Origin: the human T2T-CHM13v2.0 reference genome, Homo sapiens
Assembly (NCBI RefSeq): GCF_009914755.1
Contig: NC_060928.1
Reading direction: 5' to 3' (one strand)
Length of the DNA stretch: 64,000 bases
Below the pieces are notes generated by a model. It was given only the letters and a program-made list of their open reading frames with translations, made no database searches and was not told where the DNA came from. Below are positions 28,697 to 42,769 of this stretch, in pieces. The position numbers were made by a program, and so were the translations under genes. Within the stretch, counting starts at the first letter, position 1. Each line of letters opens with the position of its first letter.

Positions 28697-30859
28697 GGAA
28701 ATAAATTTCATCAGCTTCTGGTTGTGCAGGTATAGGAAGCATGGCTGGAAAGACCTCAGGAAACTTACAATCATGGCAGAAGGCAAAGGGGGAAGCCAGC
28801 TCTTCACAAAGCCAGAACAGAAGGAAGAGAGATGAGGGAGATGCTACACACTTTTCCAGATCTCATGAAAGCTCACTCACTATTGCCAAGACAATTCCAA
28901 AGTGGATGGCGCTAAACCATTAGAAATAGCCCACATGATCCAATCACCTCCTGCCAGGCACCATTACCAGCACTAAGGATTACATTTCAACATGAGTTTT
29001 GGGGAGGGACACAGATCCAGACCATATCACCCTGATTTCAGGGGTCTAGTAACACCATCTTTCTCCATGGTCCTTCTGGCCCCATTAAGAAATTGACTTC
29101 TTGATGCTTTTAATAGAAAGGTTACCTTGCTGAAACTATTGGCTTTTTGTTTTGTTAATCAGTGGAGTAATCAGTTATCTTTTTTTGAAAGACCTGAGTG
29201 ATATCTGGGGTTTCATTCCCTGACTTATTTCCTCATACTTTGGGTAGATCTTTCACATCTTATACTATAATAAATGATTCACTAGTTTAACCCCACACTA
29301 GACTGTCAGACACTGAACAGAAAGTACCTACCTCATTTAATCATTTCTAAAAAACTGATACTTAGTAAAATACTTTGTACTTTATAATTAAATTTGTACA
29401 TGAATGGTTGCAAGAACATTTTAAATTCCTCAGTAAGTAAAAAAAAAAATTTGAAACTATATCACCAGTCACCTTGTGAAGCACTATTCTTTACCTCCTC
29501 TGTAACATCTCATATGAAATTGAGAGTCAAGCTATGCCAGTTTCCCTGTTTTCCCAACTCACTATTTGTAGTCTAGTTGTTCTGAATTATTGCTCCTGTT
29601 TTTCCTTTTCCTGGGACTTTTTTCTTTATCTGCTGATTAAATTTTATCTTTTAGTAATGAATCTCTTTGTCACTATTTAGACTTCTCATCTGGCAGTCTT
29701 TTGTAATAATCGTCTAGCCAATCAAACATTACTTTTACTAAAGTTTGTTAAAAGTTATTTTTCTTTTCCGCTTTTAATATTCTTCTGTGCTTATATTTTA
29801 GTTACCCTTTTTTAAAAATTGCATTCTTCTGGATTTTGTTAACTTTAATAATATTATTTACAAATACTATATTTATAAATATGAATATGTGTAATATTTA
29901 CATATAATATAATCACACCACTTGCTTTTTGCTCTTTATCATGCTGTTTGCTTTTTTATATTTTTTCCTGACTTTTACTAAATTTATCAAATTTTCTTCC
30001 TTCTCTAACTGCTGTTAGAAAATTATATATTTTATTTTTAGTAACTTGAATTTCTTCTTAAGTTTTTAATTCACACAATTGACTTTGCACTCTTCTAGTT
30101 AGTATATTTCTTTTTATACTGGAACCACACAATGTATATGTGTTCATGAAGCTCATGAATCATTTTGCAAACAAATGTCTACTATTAAAAATTGAAGGTA
30201 GGTGTTGATACAAAACCAAAGCCTGAAAATGACCTATAAATAATTAAAACCTCAACTTAATTTTGTTATAATTATTGGTAATTTGCCTAACAGGGCTTAT
30301 ATATCTGATTTACTACTAGAAAAATGTGTTTCTTTTTCAAGGGCCTGCTTTCCTTAGGTAGCATTAGCTAGCGTAGGTTACATTATTTTCATGCAGAGAA
30401 ATTGGTGAACTGCTCCACGCAGAAGGCCTCATTATAGGTTAAAAATATAAATGAGAAACAGTATGATACAGGGCAACAAAGAACAGATGATGCTTAATGT
30501 TTTTCTCTCTGAAATTAAGAGTAAGCAGTTATTTGTTTGGAAAACAGTGTTTAAATAACAGGGTTTCAATAATCTAAAATTTTAAGCAGACATAAAACTG
30601 TTTCTATAAGGCATTAAGTGTTTCGAACATTTACTAAAAATATTAATGGTTTGTTGGCTTGATGCATCACTCAAATAATTTTAATGGGCTGCGGAATTAT
30701 TTAGTCTTTTATTAGCTCAAGGTAAACTCAATAGAAGCTTCCCATTCAGTACAAAAGCCTTTAAATATGAAGCTATTAATTTTTTTTCCTACTAACCAAA
30801 TCTTTTTAAATGAGTTATAAATGGGGCCTGGTGTCAACCACCAGGCCAGGCCTCTTTTT

Positions 30860-33480
30860 TTAATTTACTTGTTTATCCTAGCTTAGTTCATCTTTTATTT
30901 ATCTTTTCAGGTATCCAATTTAAGTTTATTAATTTTTCTCCACTTCTTTTCTATTTTTAATTTTATTGATTTATACTTTAAACTTTTATTATTTATTTTG
31001 TTCTCTTTGTTTTGGGCTTAAATTGTTCTTTATCTAGTTTCCTAAAGCAAAGTTTAGACTATTAATTATAAACATCTTTTTTGTATTTATACATTAAAGT
31101 TATAAATGTCTCCTTAAGCACTGTTTTTGCTACATTCCACACATCTTGATAAATTTTACTTTCATTTACATTTCCATTTAGTTAAAATATTTTGAAATTA
31201 CTCTTGAATTTTTTCCTTCATTGAATATTGAGAAATGTACTGATTAACCTCCAAATACTTTTGGTATTTTCAACTATCTTTCGGTTATTAATTTCTAGGC
31301 TAATTTTACTGTAGTCTGAAAACGTAATTTATACAATTTCTATTCTTTTAAATATTTGCAGTCATTTTTATGCCCTCGAATGTGGTCTATCCTTGTGAAG
31401 GTTGTATGTGAGCTTGAGAATATATATTCTGTTTGTGCTGGATGAAATATTCTACACGTATACATTAGATCAAATAATTAATGGTTCTGTTCAAGTCAAC
31501 TACATTCTTATTAATTTCCTGCCTATCTACCTATGAATTCCTGACAACAGATATGAAATTTCCAACTATAATAGCATACTTATTTTCCTTGTAGTTCTAT
31601 AAGAATTTGCCTCATGTATTTTGATCACTGTTGTCCAGTACATATAGGTTGAGGATTTCTACATGCTCTTGAAATATTTTTATATATTCTTGGACCTCTT
31701 TATAATAACATAGTGATCATCTTTTTCCTAGGTAAAATTTCTTGTTCTGAAGTCTGCTTTTTCTGAAATTAATATGGCTGCTCCAGCTTTCTTCTGCATA
31801 GTGTTAGCATACATCGTCCCTTACATTTATCCTTACTGATTCTTTGCATTTAAAGTGGTTTTCTTGCAGATATAATCTAGTTGCATCTTGTTTATTTTAA
31901 CCCATTCTCATAATTTCTGTCTTTAATTGTAGAATTTAGATCATTTTCATTTAAAGGGATTATTAATATTCTTGGCTTAATATCTACCGTATTTATAATT
32001 GTTTTCTATTTGTTGCACTTGTTCTTTTTCCTTTTCCTCTTTTTTTCTATATTTTCTGGTTTCATTAAATGTTTTATATAATTTCATTTTCTCCCCTCTT
32101 CACATCTGAATTGTACTTCCTTTAAAATTTGCAGTGGTTTCCCCAGAGTTTAAAATATACATTGACAATTAATCTAAGTCCACATCAGAGTAACACTCCA
32201 CCATTTCACATGTCATGTATGCACCTTATAAACAGAGTGCTCTCAGTTTCACCCTGTCATCCTTGTTCATTGCTCTTCCTCATTTCTTTTTATTCATGTG
32301 CTGCAAATTACAATATATATTTTACTTTTATTACTTTAAACAGTTATTTCAATCCATTAAGAATAAGAAATTAAAAGGTGTAGTTCATCATCATTTGTTC
32401 TTCAGTGTTCTTCACCTACTTACGTAGATCTGAATTATGATCTACATCATTTTCTTTCTCTCTGAAAACTCCTGTTAATGTCTCTTGAATGGCTCATCTG
32501 CTGGCCCAGAGTTTCCTTAGTTTTTGTTTGTTTGAGAGACTATAACCCCTTCATGTTCGTGTCACTGAATATAAAATCATTTATTTGTGGTTTGTTTTTT
32601 TCCTTTCAATACTTGAAGCGTATCACTCTACTTTCTTGCTGACATGGTTTCTGATAAAAAGTTTGCTGTAATTCCTATTCTTATTACTTTATAGGTAGAG
32701 TGTGTTTGCCCTCCCTCTACTCTTTCACATTTTTTGTTTGTTTGTTTTTGTCCTTGGTTTCCTGCAGTTCAAATATAATATGCCTATGTGCAGATTTCTT
32801 TTTTTTATATTTTGTTTGATGTTCTCTGAGATCCCTGAATGGGTGATTTCACAAATCTCATTAATTTTAGAAAATTCTCAGCCATTGTTACTTCAAATAT
32901 TTTTATCTGTTTCACTTTATTTTTCTTCTACTTCTGTTATTCTAATTATGTATATGTTACAGCTTTTGAAATGTTCCTATGAATCTTGTAAATTCTGTTC
33001 CTTTAAAATTATTACTTTTTTTCTTTCTTTGCATTCTATTTTGAGAAGTTTCTATTGAGGTATCTTCAAGCTCACTGATTCTTTACTTGGCAATGTCCAG
33101 TTTAGTGATGAGTACCTCAAAACTTTTTCTTATTTCTCTTACGTTGTTGTTACTTTTTCTTTTTTATTTCTCTTTAATAAAGGGAATTAATTAAAAGGTA
33201 CTTTAAAAATTTTTTTTATCATTCTTCTTGCATTACTATTTGCTCTTCCATGTTATTTAGTGGAGTGTTTTTGGAGGGGATTTCTAATACAATTTTTTAA
33301 AATTTTTTAGAGTACTTTTAGGTTTACTGAAAAAATACAGAGGTTCCCTTATACTGTTTTTTATTAGAACTTTTAATATATTAATTATTAATTATAGTTA
33401 TTATAAATTCTCTGACATTTCCAAAATCTGTGTCATATGAGTATGATTCTGATGTTTACTTTGTCTCTTCAGAATGTATT
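30860..33480 (-). mobile_element. Old L1 (L1MC/MD class) endonuclease and ORF1 fragments
   Basis: T-rich strand with L1 motifs ttgttctgaagtctgctttttctgaaattaatatggctgctccagctttc and gacatggtttctgataaaaagtttgctg. Confidence 0.8.
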
Positions 33481-33799
33481 ATAGTGTTTCTTGCTAGGTG
33501 CTGTTAAATGGAGCACCAGGTACAAATGTTTTCAGAAGGCTTGTAGACTCATTTCTATCACTGGTATTGCAGAGTTAGGTGACGCTAAGAGCTATATTAT
33601 GTGAGTCATTGCTATGGCAGCAGAAATAGGCAGATATCCATGAATATCGAATTATTAGGAAAGATCTGTGCTAAGTTTAACATTTACACAGTATGTAATA
33701 CAGAAAAATTGTGTAATCAGAGATTGGAATCTACAGTTTTCTGTCCAGTTCCACCACATCCTAGCTGATATATTGTTCAACAAACAGAAACCCTGCCTT

Positions 33800-35080
33800 A
33801 TTTAGTGGCTTATTGATTTTCTATTCTCAACTCTTAACCTCTCTGCAACACTTATTGCTTTCTTTTAAAGGGTCTCCTTGGCTTACATGACCCCAAAGTC
33901 TTTTTGTATTGGTAAAAGTTCAATTATGAAAACAGAAACTACACTAAGTATTTGAAACAGAGCAATTTTCTTACAGCAAATGGATTAAAATGGTGACAGA
34001 AAAGCCAAAAGCCAACAGGAATAGAGAAGCAATGCAGAAATTAACAAAAGCCAAAAGTGACCAGAAACCCCAGGATGAAGACACAAAATATTTTCTTGTG
34101 GTCCAGAAGCTTGAACTACAGCAGCCAGGTGAGGCAGCTAGCATACCAGGAGGTAGTGGGGATGAATGTAGTTGGTGTTGGATATGCTACCTGAGGCATT
34201 AGAGCCCAGAGAATCATCTTGAAGTGGTCAGACTACTTGCATAAACAGAGCCAAACAGGGCAGTACAAATAATTGATCTGAATGCAAACATGCCTAACAT
34301 CAGTACAATTTGACTTTACTGTCTTTTTCATTGGTTCCTCCTTCAAGTTGCAGGTCTTTTAAACTTTACAGTTTTTTAATTATTTTGCAAGTCTTTTTAA
34401 TTTGTTCCTTTTTCAAGTCGTTTCATTTGAGTGCTTCACAGGGGTCTTAGTCTCAGTCATCTTCTGGTCTACCTCTTTATACTGTTTTTTGGACATTTCA
34501 TCTATGCCCACTGTTTCAACGATATCCAAATGCTAATAACTTCCCAAATTATATCTTAACTAAATATTTGATTGCTAAATTCTGGACATCCTTCAAGGAC
34601 CTCAAAATTAATATGTTCAAAACTTCTTATGCTTTTCTTCTTAATCTGCTATGTCCTCCAAACTTAATTAAATATCTCTTCTGGATGTCCATTCTCTTTC
34701 CTCAATGCTTTTGCCCAAGTTCAAGATTAATCACTTTGCAAATTTGTCAATATTCTAGTCTCCCAATCTCCATTTTCTTAACCTTAAAATCTATCTTTCA
34801 ATTTATTTATTACTCAAAGATTAATCTTTTTAAATCCTGATTATGATGAGGCTACTCTCTCAGATAAAATATTTTTTGACTCCTCACTGTTTAGATATGG
34901 CTATATCCTTATCTATAACTTGTTATTAATTAGATTTTTATAAATACTCTTATTGAAATATTTACATTTCTTCAAAATGTTGTGTTTTTATAAGTCCTTA
35001 TATGTTTGTATATGTTGTTTTCTCATTGTCCAAAATCTTTTTCCTTATTACTCATCTAGCTAATTCCAAAATGTCTAGAA
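33800..35080 (+). mobile_element. L2 fragments, interrupted at ~33905-34300 by a possible old LTR
   Basis: catctatgcccactgtttcaacgatatccaaatgctaataacttcccaaattatatc matches the L2 ORF2 3' region. Confidence 0.6.
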
Positions 35081-35086
35081 AGATCA

Positions 35087-35214
35087 TTTTTATTTTTGAG
35101 ACAGAATCTTGCTCTTTTGCTCAAGTTGGAATAGTACAGCAGCATGATTGTTGCTTACTGAATTCCAGGGCTTAAGCAATCCTCCCATCTGAGTCTCTGT
35201 AATAGCTAGGATTA
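35087..35214 (-). mobile_element. Diverged Alu monomer (FAM/FLAM/AluJ fragment)
   Basis: tttttgagacagaatcttgctc...gggcttaagcaatcctcccatc...tagctaggatta. Confidence 0.75.
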
Positions 35215-36574
35215 GCAATGAGCTAAATACAGACCAGAAGATGCTAAGGAGAAAATGAACTATACTTCAAGAGCCCGATCATATAACTGTATGGAAATAT
35301 TGTATAATATCATAACAGTACCTACTTTTAAGTGCAACATGTTCCGTACCTGTTACAGACAATATTAAGAAAAATAATTTCAGATGTTGGACAATCAATG
35401 GCTATAATAATCTTTTTGTGTGAAGGATTGATGTGCAGCATTGAAGTTATGAAAGGATTTCTTCAAGTTGGAGGAGAGAATGAATTTTTCAATCTACTTA
35501 CTTACACATTCAGTAATACTAAGAACCCATTATATGTCAAGTAAGTGTATAGACAGTTATTATAATGGTCAAAAGAAGAGAAAGAGAATCTAAATTAAAA
35601 GAAGTTTCTAAATAATTGTAATGCTTTGAAATAATTTATGTTTAATGATCAAGTTGGCATATAGAAAGCATGTCTAAATGCAACTGATACTTATCAATTA
35701 CAAAGAACAAGTTTGTTTCTTTCCTCAGTACATATTTCTTTGCCAAAAGTTTCCACTTTTTCAATATTTATGCTACAGCTTTCATTATGCCATGAATTTT
35801 GTCAGTAATGTTCATTCACATATTAGAAGACAGATTTCAGCAGTGTTGGTCATTTTAAAAGCACTAACTACCCCACTCCACAGCATATTTCATGCTTCAT
35901 TATTGTTCCTTGTGGAGCCCTGGAAAGCACTCTGACTTCAACTTTCGTGAGATTGGGCCCATTATATTATAATATGCACCCTGAAGGGCATCATAATGCA
36001 GCTCAGCCTTGCCCTTGTTTAGCATAAAGCATAGGCTGGCATATGAAAATGAGGTGCTTACCACAGAAACTGAAACTTTGTGTTCTAAGTGGTATACATT
36101 TGAGTCCAAAGCTATGCATTAAATCACTGGAACTAGATTCAACTTGGACTTCTGCCTTCTTATTCTAATTAGTCAATCATTCTACAATATATAATGTTAA
36201 CTTCATTGTGATTAAAAATTAATAACTTTCAAAATGATTGTATGATCTGAAAGAAACAAAAATGTATATCAGAAGTAGCTCTGGTTAAATTATTTATCTG
36301 AAATTGGAAACTGTTAATACAACTCCTATGAAGCTATGCAGCATTAAGGAAAGTATTTTGAGCCATGGAGAAGAAATAGTAGCTTGGCATTTGGAGAGAT
36401 GCCTGAAAGTAGGTATACATAATATGATTCCAAAGAAGCATCAATAAATAAGTAGCCTGATATATTATTCTAATGGTGTTCACTTAGTTGGACATTTTTG
36501 TCTAGACTTTTCTTTGGAGTGACATAGCTTGGGCAAGGGGAAAGATCCTCTCCCCATTTAAAATTTACAATTAA

Positions 36575-36765
36575 TTTCCTTCCCTCCTTCTCTTCTATTC
36601 CTCCCTTCTTCCTTCCCTCCCTTCCTTTCATCTTTCTTCCTTTTTCTTTCTTCTTTCTTCCTTTCTTTCTTTGTCTTTCTTTCTTTTCTTTCTTCTTTCT
36701 TTTTCTTTCTTTTCTTTCTTTTTCATTCTTTCTTTCTTTCTTTTCCTTCCTTCCTTCCTTTCACT
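36575..36765. repeat. Polypyrimidine tract (TTTC/TTCC/CT-rich)
   Basis: About 190 bp almost entirely C/T. Confidence 0.95.
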
Positions 36766-36984
36766 TCAAGAAAGATAATTCATTGAAATATTAAGTATAT
36801 ATATTCAAATAAAGTATTTTTATTGATAAGCCTACAATCTAGTTAAGTATACATGCAGAATGAAATAAGTGTAATTGTAAAAATATTCACAGGATGTGAC
36901 AAAGCTCAGTGTCCAGCACAGAGACCAAAAATGCCAGAAACTCCCTTTTCCAGCTCTGTATGGTTTTATTATATAGGCATGTTA

Positions 36985-39632
36985 ACCACACCTAGCCAAT
37001 GATACTAGAGGAAATGACTCCTAAGAAACTATTGAAGATATTATTTTCTATAAGAAATAAATTTAAAAAAATCAATAGGAGGAAATGCTCCTTTTCTTTT
37101 CCCAGGTATTACAGTACCTACATATAACGCCAGGCAGGAACTGGGACAGCCATCATATATCCTAAGAGAACACTCGGTCCTAAGGGACCAAGACAAAATA
37201 TGGAGGATAGTTAGATAATAAAATGGAAAGAGTCAGGTTATTGATTACAATTATTGAGTACCTGGACCAAACCAGGTATATACCTGCCCCAGTGTTCTTT
37301 TTATGTGATGAAATGCTGATATGGTTTGGCTGTGACCCCACCCAAATCTCATCTTGAATTGTAGTTCCCAAATCCCCATGCATCATGGGAGGGACCCAGT
37401 GGGAGGTGATTGAATTGTGGAGGCAGTTTCCCCCATTCTATTCTCATGATAGTGAGTAAGTTCTCATGAGATCTGATGGTTTTATAAAGGGCTTCTCCTT
37501 TCATTCAGCTCTCATTCTTCTCCCTGCCACCATGTGAAGAAGGACATGTTTGCTTCTCCTTCTGATATGTTTTTAAGTTTTCCTGAGGAATCCCCAGCCC
37601 TGCAGAATGGTGAGTCAATAAAAACTCTTTCCTTTATAAATTACCCAGTCTTGGTTATGTCTTAATTAGCAGTGTGAGAATGGACAAATATAGTGAATTG
37701 GTATGGATAGAGTGGGGTGCTGCTATAAAGATGCCTGAAAATGTGGAAACGACATTGGAACTGGGTAACAGGCAGAGGTTGGAACAGTTTAGAGGGCACA
37801 GAAGAAGACAGGAAAATGTGGAAAGTTTGGAACTTCCTAGAGATTTGTTGAATGGCTTTGATCAAAATGTTGATAGTGATATGGGCAATGAATTCCAGGC
37901 TGAGGTTGTCTCAGAAGGAGATGAGGAACTTGTTGGGAACTGGAGCAAAGGTGACTCTTGCTCTGCTTTAGCAAAGAGACTGGCAGCAGTTTTGCCCCTG
38001 CCCTAGAGATCTGTAGACCTTACAACTTGAGAGAGATAATTTAGTGTATCCGGCAGAATAAATTTCTAAGCAGCAAAGCATTCAAGAGGAAGCACAGCAT
38101 ACAAGTTTGGAAAATTTGCAGGCTAATAATGCAATAGGAAAACAAAAACCCATTTCCTGGGGAGAAATTCAAGTCTGCTGCATAAATTTGCATAAATAAA
38201 GAGGAGCTGAATGTTAATCACCAAGACAATGGGGAAAGCATCTCCAAGGTATGTCAGAAACCTTCAGTGGTAGCCCCTCCAATCACAGGCCTTGGATACC
38301 TAGGAGGCCGTGCTGCTTTTAGTAGTCTTCGGACTTGGTACCCTGTGTCCCAGCTGTGGTTAAAAGGGGCCAAGGTACAGCTTGGTCCATGCCTTCACAG
38401 GGTGCAAGCCATAAGCCTTGGCAGCTTCCACAAGGTGTTGAGCCTCTGGGTGCACAGAAGTCAAGAATTGAGATTTGGGGACTTCCGTCTAGATTTCAGA
38501 GGATGTCTGTAAATGCCTGGATATCCAGGAATAAGTTTGTTGCAGGGGCAGATCCCTCATGGAAATCTGTTCTAGGGCTGTGTGGAAGGGAAATGTGGGA
38601 TCAGAGTCCCCACACAGTGTCTAGTGGAGCCGCGAGAAGAGGGACAGCATCCTCCAGATCCCAGAATGGTAGTTCCACTAACAGCTCTCACCATGTGCCT
38701 GGAAAAGCCACAGGCACTCAATGCCCACCCATGAAAGAAGCCAGGACGGGGGCTGTACCCTGCAAAGCCACAGGAGCAGGGCTGCCCAAGGCCATGGGTG
38801 CCCACCTCTTGCATCAGGGTGAACTGAATGTGAGACATGGAGTCAAAAGAGATTACTTCAGAACTTTAAGATTTAATTACTGCCTCATGGGATTTCAGAC
38901 TTGCATGGGGCTTGTAGCCCCTTTGTTTTGGCCAATTTCTCACATTTGGAAAGGGGGTATTTACCCAATGCCTGTACCTCCATTGAATCTAGGAGGTAAC
39001 TAACTTGCTTTTGATTTTATGGGCTCATAGGCAGAAGGGATTTGCCTTTTCTCAGATGAAACCTTGGACTTGGACGTTTTGGTTCATGTGAGAATGAGTT
39101 GAGAATTTGGGAGACTGTTGGAAAGATATGGTTGTGTTTTGAAATGTAAGGACATGAGATTTGGGAGGGCCCATAGTAGAATAATATGGTTTGACTGTGA
39201 CCTCACCCAAATCTTATCTTGAATTGTTGTTCCCATAATCCCCATGTGTCATCAGAGGGACTCAGTGGGAGGTAAATGAATTATTGGGGCGGTTTCCCCC
39301 ATGCTATTCTCTTGATGGTGAGTAAGTTCTTACAAGATCTGATAGTTTTATAAGGGTCTGCTCCCCTTTGCTCAGCTCTCATTCTTTTCCTCCCTGATGT
39401 CATGTGAAGAAGGACGTGTTTGCTTCTCCTTTCCCCATGATTGTAGGTTTCCTGAGGCCTTCCCAGCCATGTTAAACTGTGAGTCAATTACACCTCTTTT
39501 CTTTATAAATTACCCAATCTTGTGTATGTTTTTATTAGCAGTGTGAGAATAGACTTATACAAATGCATTATAGCTCCTTTTAAGTCAGCTTTAATTGGTT
39601 ATTTGATTATAACAGCAAAAAAGCCTCTGAAC
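36985..39632 (+). mobile_element. Old MLT1 (J/K class) LTR split by THE1 (pieces ~36985-37316 and ~39562-39632)
   Basis: cctagccaatgatactagagg...ggaactgggacagccatc...; resumes ttttaagtcagctttaattggttattt after THE1. Confidence 0.55.
37317..39561 (+). mobile_element. Full-length THE1 (THE1C-like) element (LTR-int-LTR)
   Basis: LTRs at ~37317-37692 and ~39182-39561 (tgatatggtttggctgtg...); THE1 internal sequence between; 5-bp TSD aatgc at 37312-37316 and 39562-39566. Confidence 0.93.
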
Positions 39633-40242
39633 TTGTTTATTTTCCATGTCTTCAGAATTGTTGTCATCTATGGTCTGTTTAATCTTAACATTTATTTTTA
39701 AGAGAAAACTTAAATATAAATTAAAATGGAAAATACAATTTTCTCGTCTTAAATACAATACATTTTTAGATATTATATGATACACTGAAATGTTTTCTAC
39801 TACTTACATACTAAATGACCCTCTTACTATACCCTGTGGAAATCATATGCTTTCATATTATCTTTATTAACATAAAGTTTAATTTCGAGTAATAGGCCTG
39901 AGGTAGACAGAGCAAAAAACTAAATTTCTGATTTTATTTCAGATTCTATAGCTCACTGAATATTGCATAAAATGCATTTTATTTACTGTATTAGATGGAA
40001 ATGATTCTTGTTCTTAGTGGAGGAAGCACATGAAGTTCTGGCCCCAATTTTTATTACTAATTATCCCCTTATTTATAATAATACAATTCAAGAAGCCTTT
40101 CTTATGAGTTTGAGTCCAAATTAATCCCCTTCTAAATATTTTTAAATATTCTACTGCTTTAATTGGTGTGGTTGACAACCCATTAGCCTGATTTATCTGA
40201 ATTTTAATCACAAACTTTGTATTAATTTTATGAGTGGCTCTG

Positions 40243-42732
40243 TGTCATAGTTCATTTTTGTTGCTAAAACTGAAATCTCGAGATTTGGTAATTTGTAATG
40301 AACAGAAATTTATTTGGCTTATAGTTTTGTAGGATAGATAGTCCAAGATTGCAGGGCAGCATCTGTGTCATAATATGGCAGAACACGTGGATGAGAGAGA
40401 GATAAAATGGGGCCAAACTCACTCTTTACAAGGAATTATCTCCCATAAAAATAAACCCACTTCCAAGATATCAAACTCACTCCCAGAATAACAGCATTAA
40501 TTCATTCATGAAAGTTGAGTCCTTATGACCCAATCAGCTCTTAAAGTTCACACTTCTCCGTAATGCTGAATTGGGGATCAAGTTTCCAATACATGAACAC
40601 TGATGAACACATTCAAATTATAGCATTCCTCCCTTGGCCCCCCAAATTGATGACATTATCACATGCAAAATATATTTATTTCATCCCAATTGACCCAAAA
40701 GTCCTAACTTTTTTCACTTTTAAGTAAAAAGTCCAAAGTCCAGAATTTCATCTAAATTAAATTAGACGGTAATTGAGTGAGACTCAAGGCACAATTCCTC
40801 CTGAGGAAAATTCTCCTCCAACTCTGAGCCTGTCAAATTTTTTTAAAACAAGTTATATGTTTCTGAAGTACAATGGTGGGACAGGTATAGAATAGATAAT
40901 ATCATTTCAAGTGGTAGTGATAGTCAAGAAGAAAGAAATAACTGGCCCCAGGTAAGTCCAAACCCAACAGTGCAGACAGCATTAAATCTTAAACCTCCAG
41001 AATAATCATTTATTTCATGTGCTGCATCCTGAACACTCTGAGTGGATTGAGCTCTCAATGACTCAGATAGCTCCACTCTTATGGCTTTGTTGGGCTTAAA
41101 CCATGCCACAGTTCTCACCAGTTGGAGTGTCATTCCTGCAGTTCTCCAAGGCTGAAATTGTAAACCAGTGTCTCTATAGATCTGGAATCTCTGAGGTGGC
41201 TTCACTGCCACAGTTCCACTAGGTATTGTCCTAGTGGGAGCTCTCTGTGGGGGCTCCACCCTTATGACAAGTCTCTTCCTGGATCCCTACGCTGTCCAAT
41301 ACATCGTTTGTCATCTAGGTGGAAAGTTCCATGGCCCCACAGCTCATACACTCTGCACATCTGCAGAATTAGCACCATGTAGATGCTGCAGACGTTTACA
41401 GCCTGTACCTTTTTAGAACAGCAACAGAGCCTGCTTGAGCCAAGGCTGGGGCAGCTGAAGAGTGATGTGTTGGAACGTGGGAAGTAGACACTTGAGTTGG
41501 CATTGAAAAGCAAATGCTGAAGTCCCAAAGCCATCTTTCTGGAAACCTTGACTTCTAGGTACTAGATGGAAGGCACAGCCTTGACGATCTCTGAAATATC
41601 TTCAGAGTATTTCTCCCATTGTCTTGATAACTAGTACCTAGCTCCCTTCTGTCAATATTAATCTCTTTAGAAAACTATGTCTTGGTCACATACTTGGTTT
41701 GTTATTCTAAAGACATCTTTTAACTCATTATATGGTCAGGCTGTGAATTTTCCAAATCTTTCCTTCTGCTTCTCTTTCAGTTATAAATTCTGTCTTTAAA
41801 TCATTTTTCTACTCTTGCCTCTTACTATATTCAATTAAAATTAGCCATGCATCTCCTTCAATATTTTCCTTAGACATTTCTTCTGCCAGATATCCTAATT
41901 CATTGTTCTTAAATTTTGCCTTCCATAAAATCCTAGGTGAAAAACAAAGTTCAGACAGTTCTTTGCCATTTTATAAGAAGGATGACCTTTACTTCATTTT
42001 CCAATAAGATATTCCTCATTTCAGCCTGAAACCTTATTAGAATGGCTTTCACTGCCCATATATCTACCAACATTCTGGTCACAACCACTTAAGTAATCTC
42101 TAAGAAGTTCCACACTTTCCTTACAGCTATTTTCTTCTTCTAACCCTCACCAGAATCACCCTTAATGCCCCATTGATAGCAATACAGGCTTTTTCCAGAA
42201 TTCACTTTAAAAGTACTCCAGCCTTTACCATTTACCCAGCTCCAAAGCCACTTTCACATTTTCAAGTATTATAATAACATCCCACTCTCTGGTACCAGTT
42301 TCCCATCTGATTCTTTGTTTTTTTTTTTTTTTGTTTTGTTTTTTTGTTTTTTGTTTTTTTTTTTGCTGCTGATAACATAGTAGTCATGACTAAGTAATTT
42401 GTAATGAACAGAAATTTATTTCGGTCATAATTCTGGAGAATTCCAAGTCTGAGATTAAGAGATCATATCTGCTGAAGGCCTTCTTGCAGCCTCATAATAT
42501 GGCAGAAGGCATCACATGGGTGGGAGAGAGAGAGGCAGGGGCTGACTCATAATTTATAAGAACCTACTCTTGAGATAACAAATGGATTCCCACAATAATG
42601 GCACTAATTCATTCATGGGGGCAGAGCTTTTATGATCAAATCACTTCTTAAATATCCCACCTCCTAATACTGCTGCAATGGGAATTAAGTTTCTAACACG
42701 TGAATTTTGGGGGACTTATGCAAACCATAGCA
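40243..42732 (-). mobile_element. Full-length MSTC/MSTD-type MaLR (LTR-int-LTR)
   Basis: LTRs at ~40243-40626 and ~42305-42732 share aatttgtaatgaacagaaatttattt and end in atagca; MaLR internal sequence between; degenerate TSD ctctg/ctacg. Confidence 0.85.
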
Positions 42733-42769
42733 CTACGAATAGGCTTACTGGATTTTTATTTGCAAATTT

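Larger units (their letters stand above)
26260..29029 (-). mobile_element. Full-length MSTA element (LTR-int-LTR)
   Basis: LTRs at ~26260-26661 and ~28605-29029, both ending accatatca; MST internal sequence between; 5-bp TSD ccctg at 26255-26259 and 29030-29034. Confidence 0.92.
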
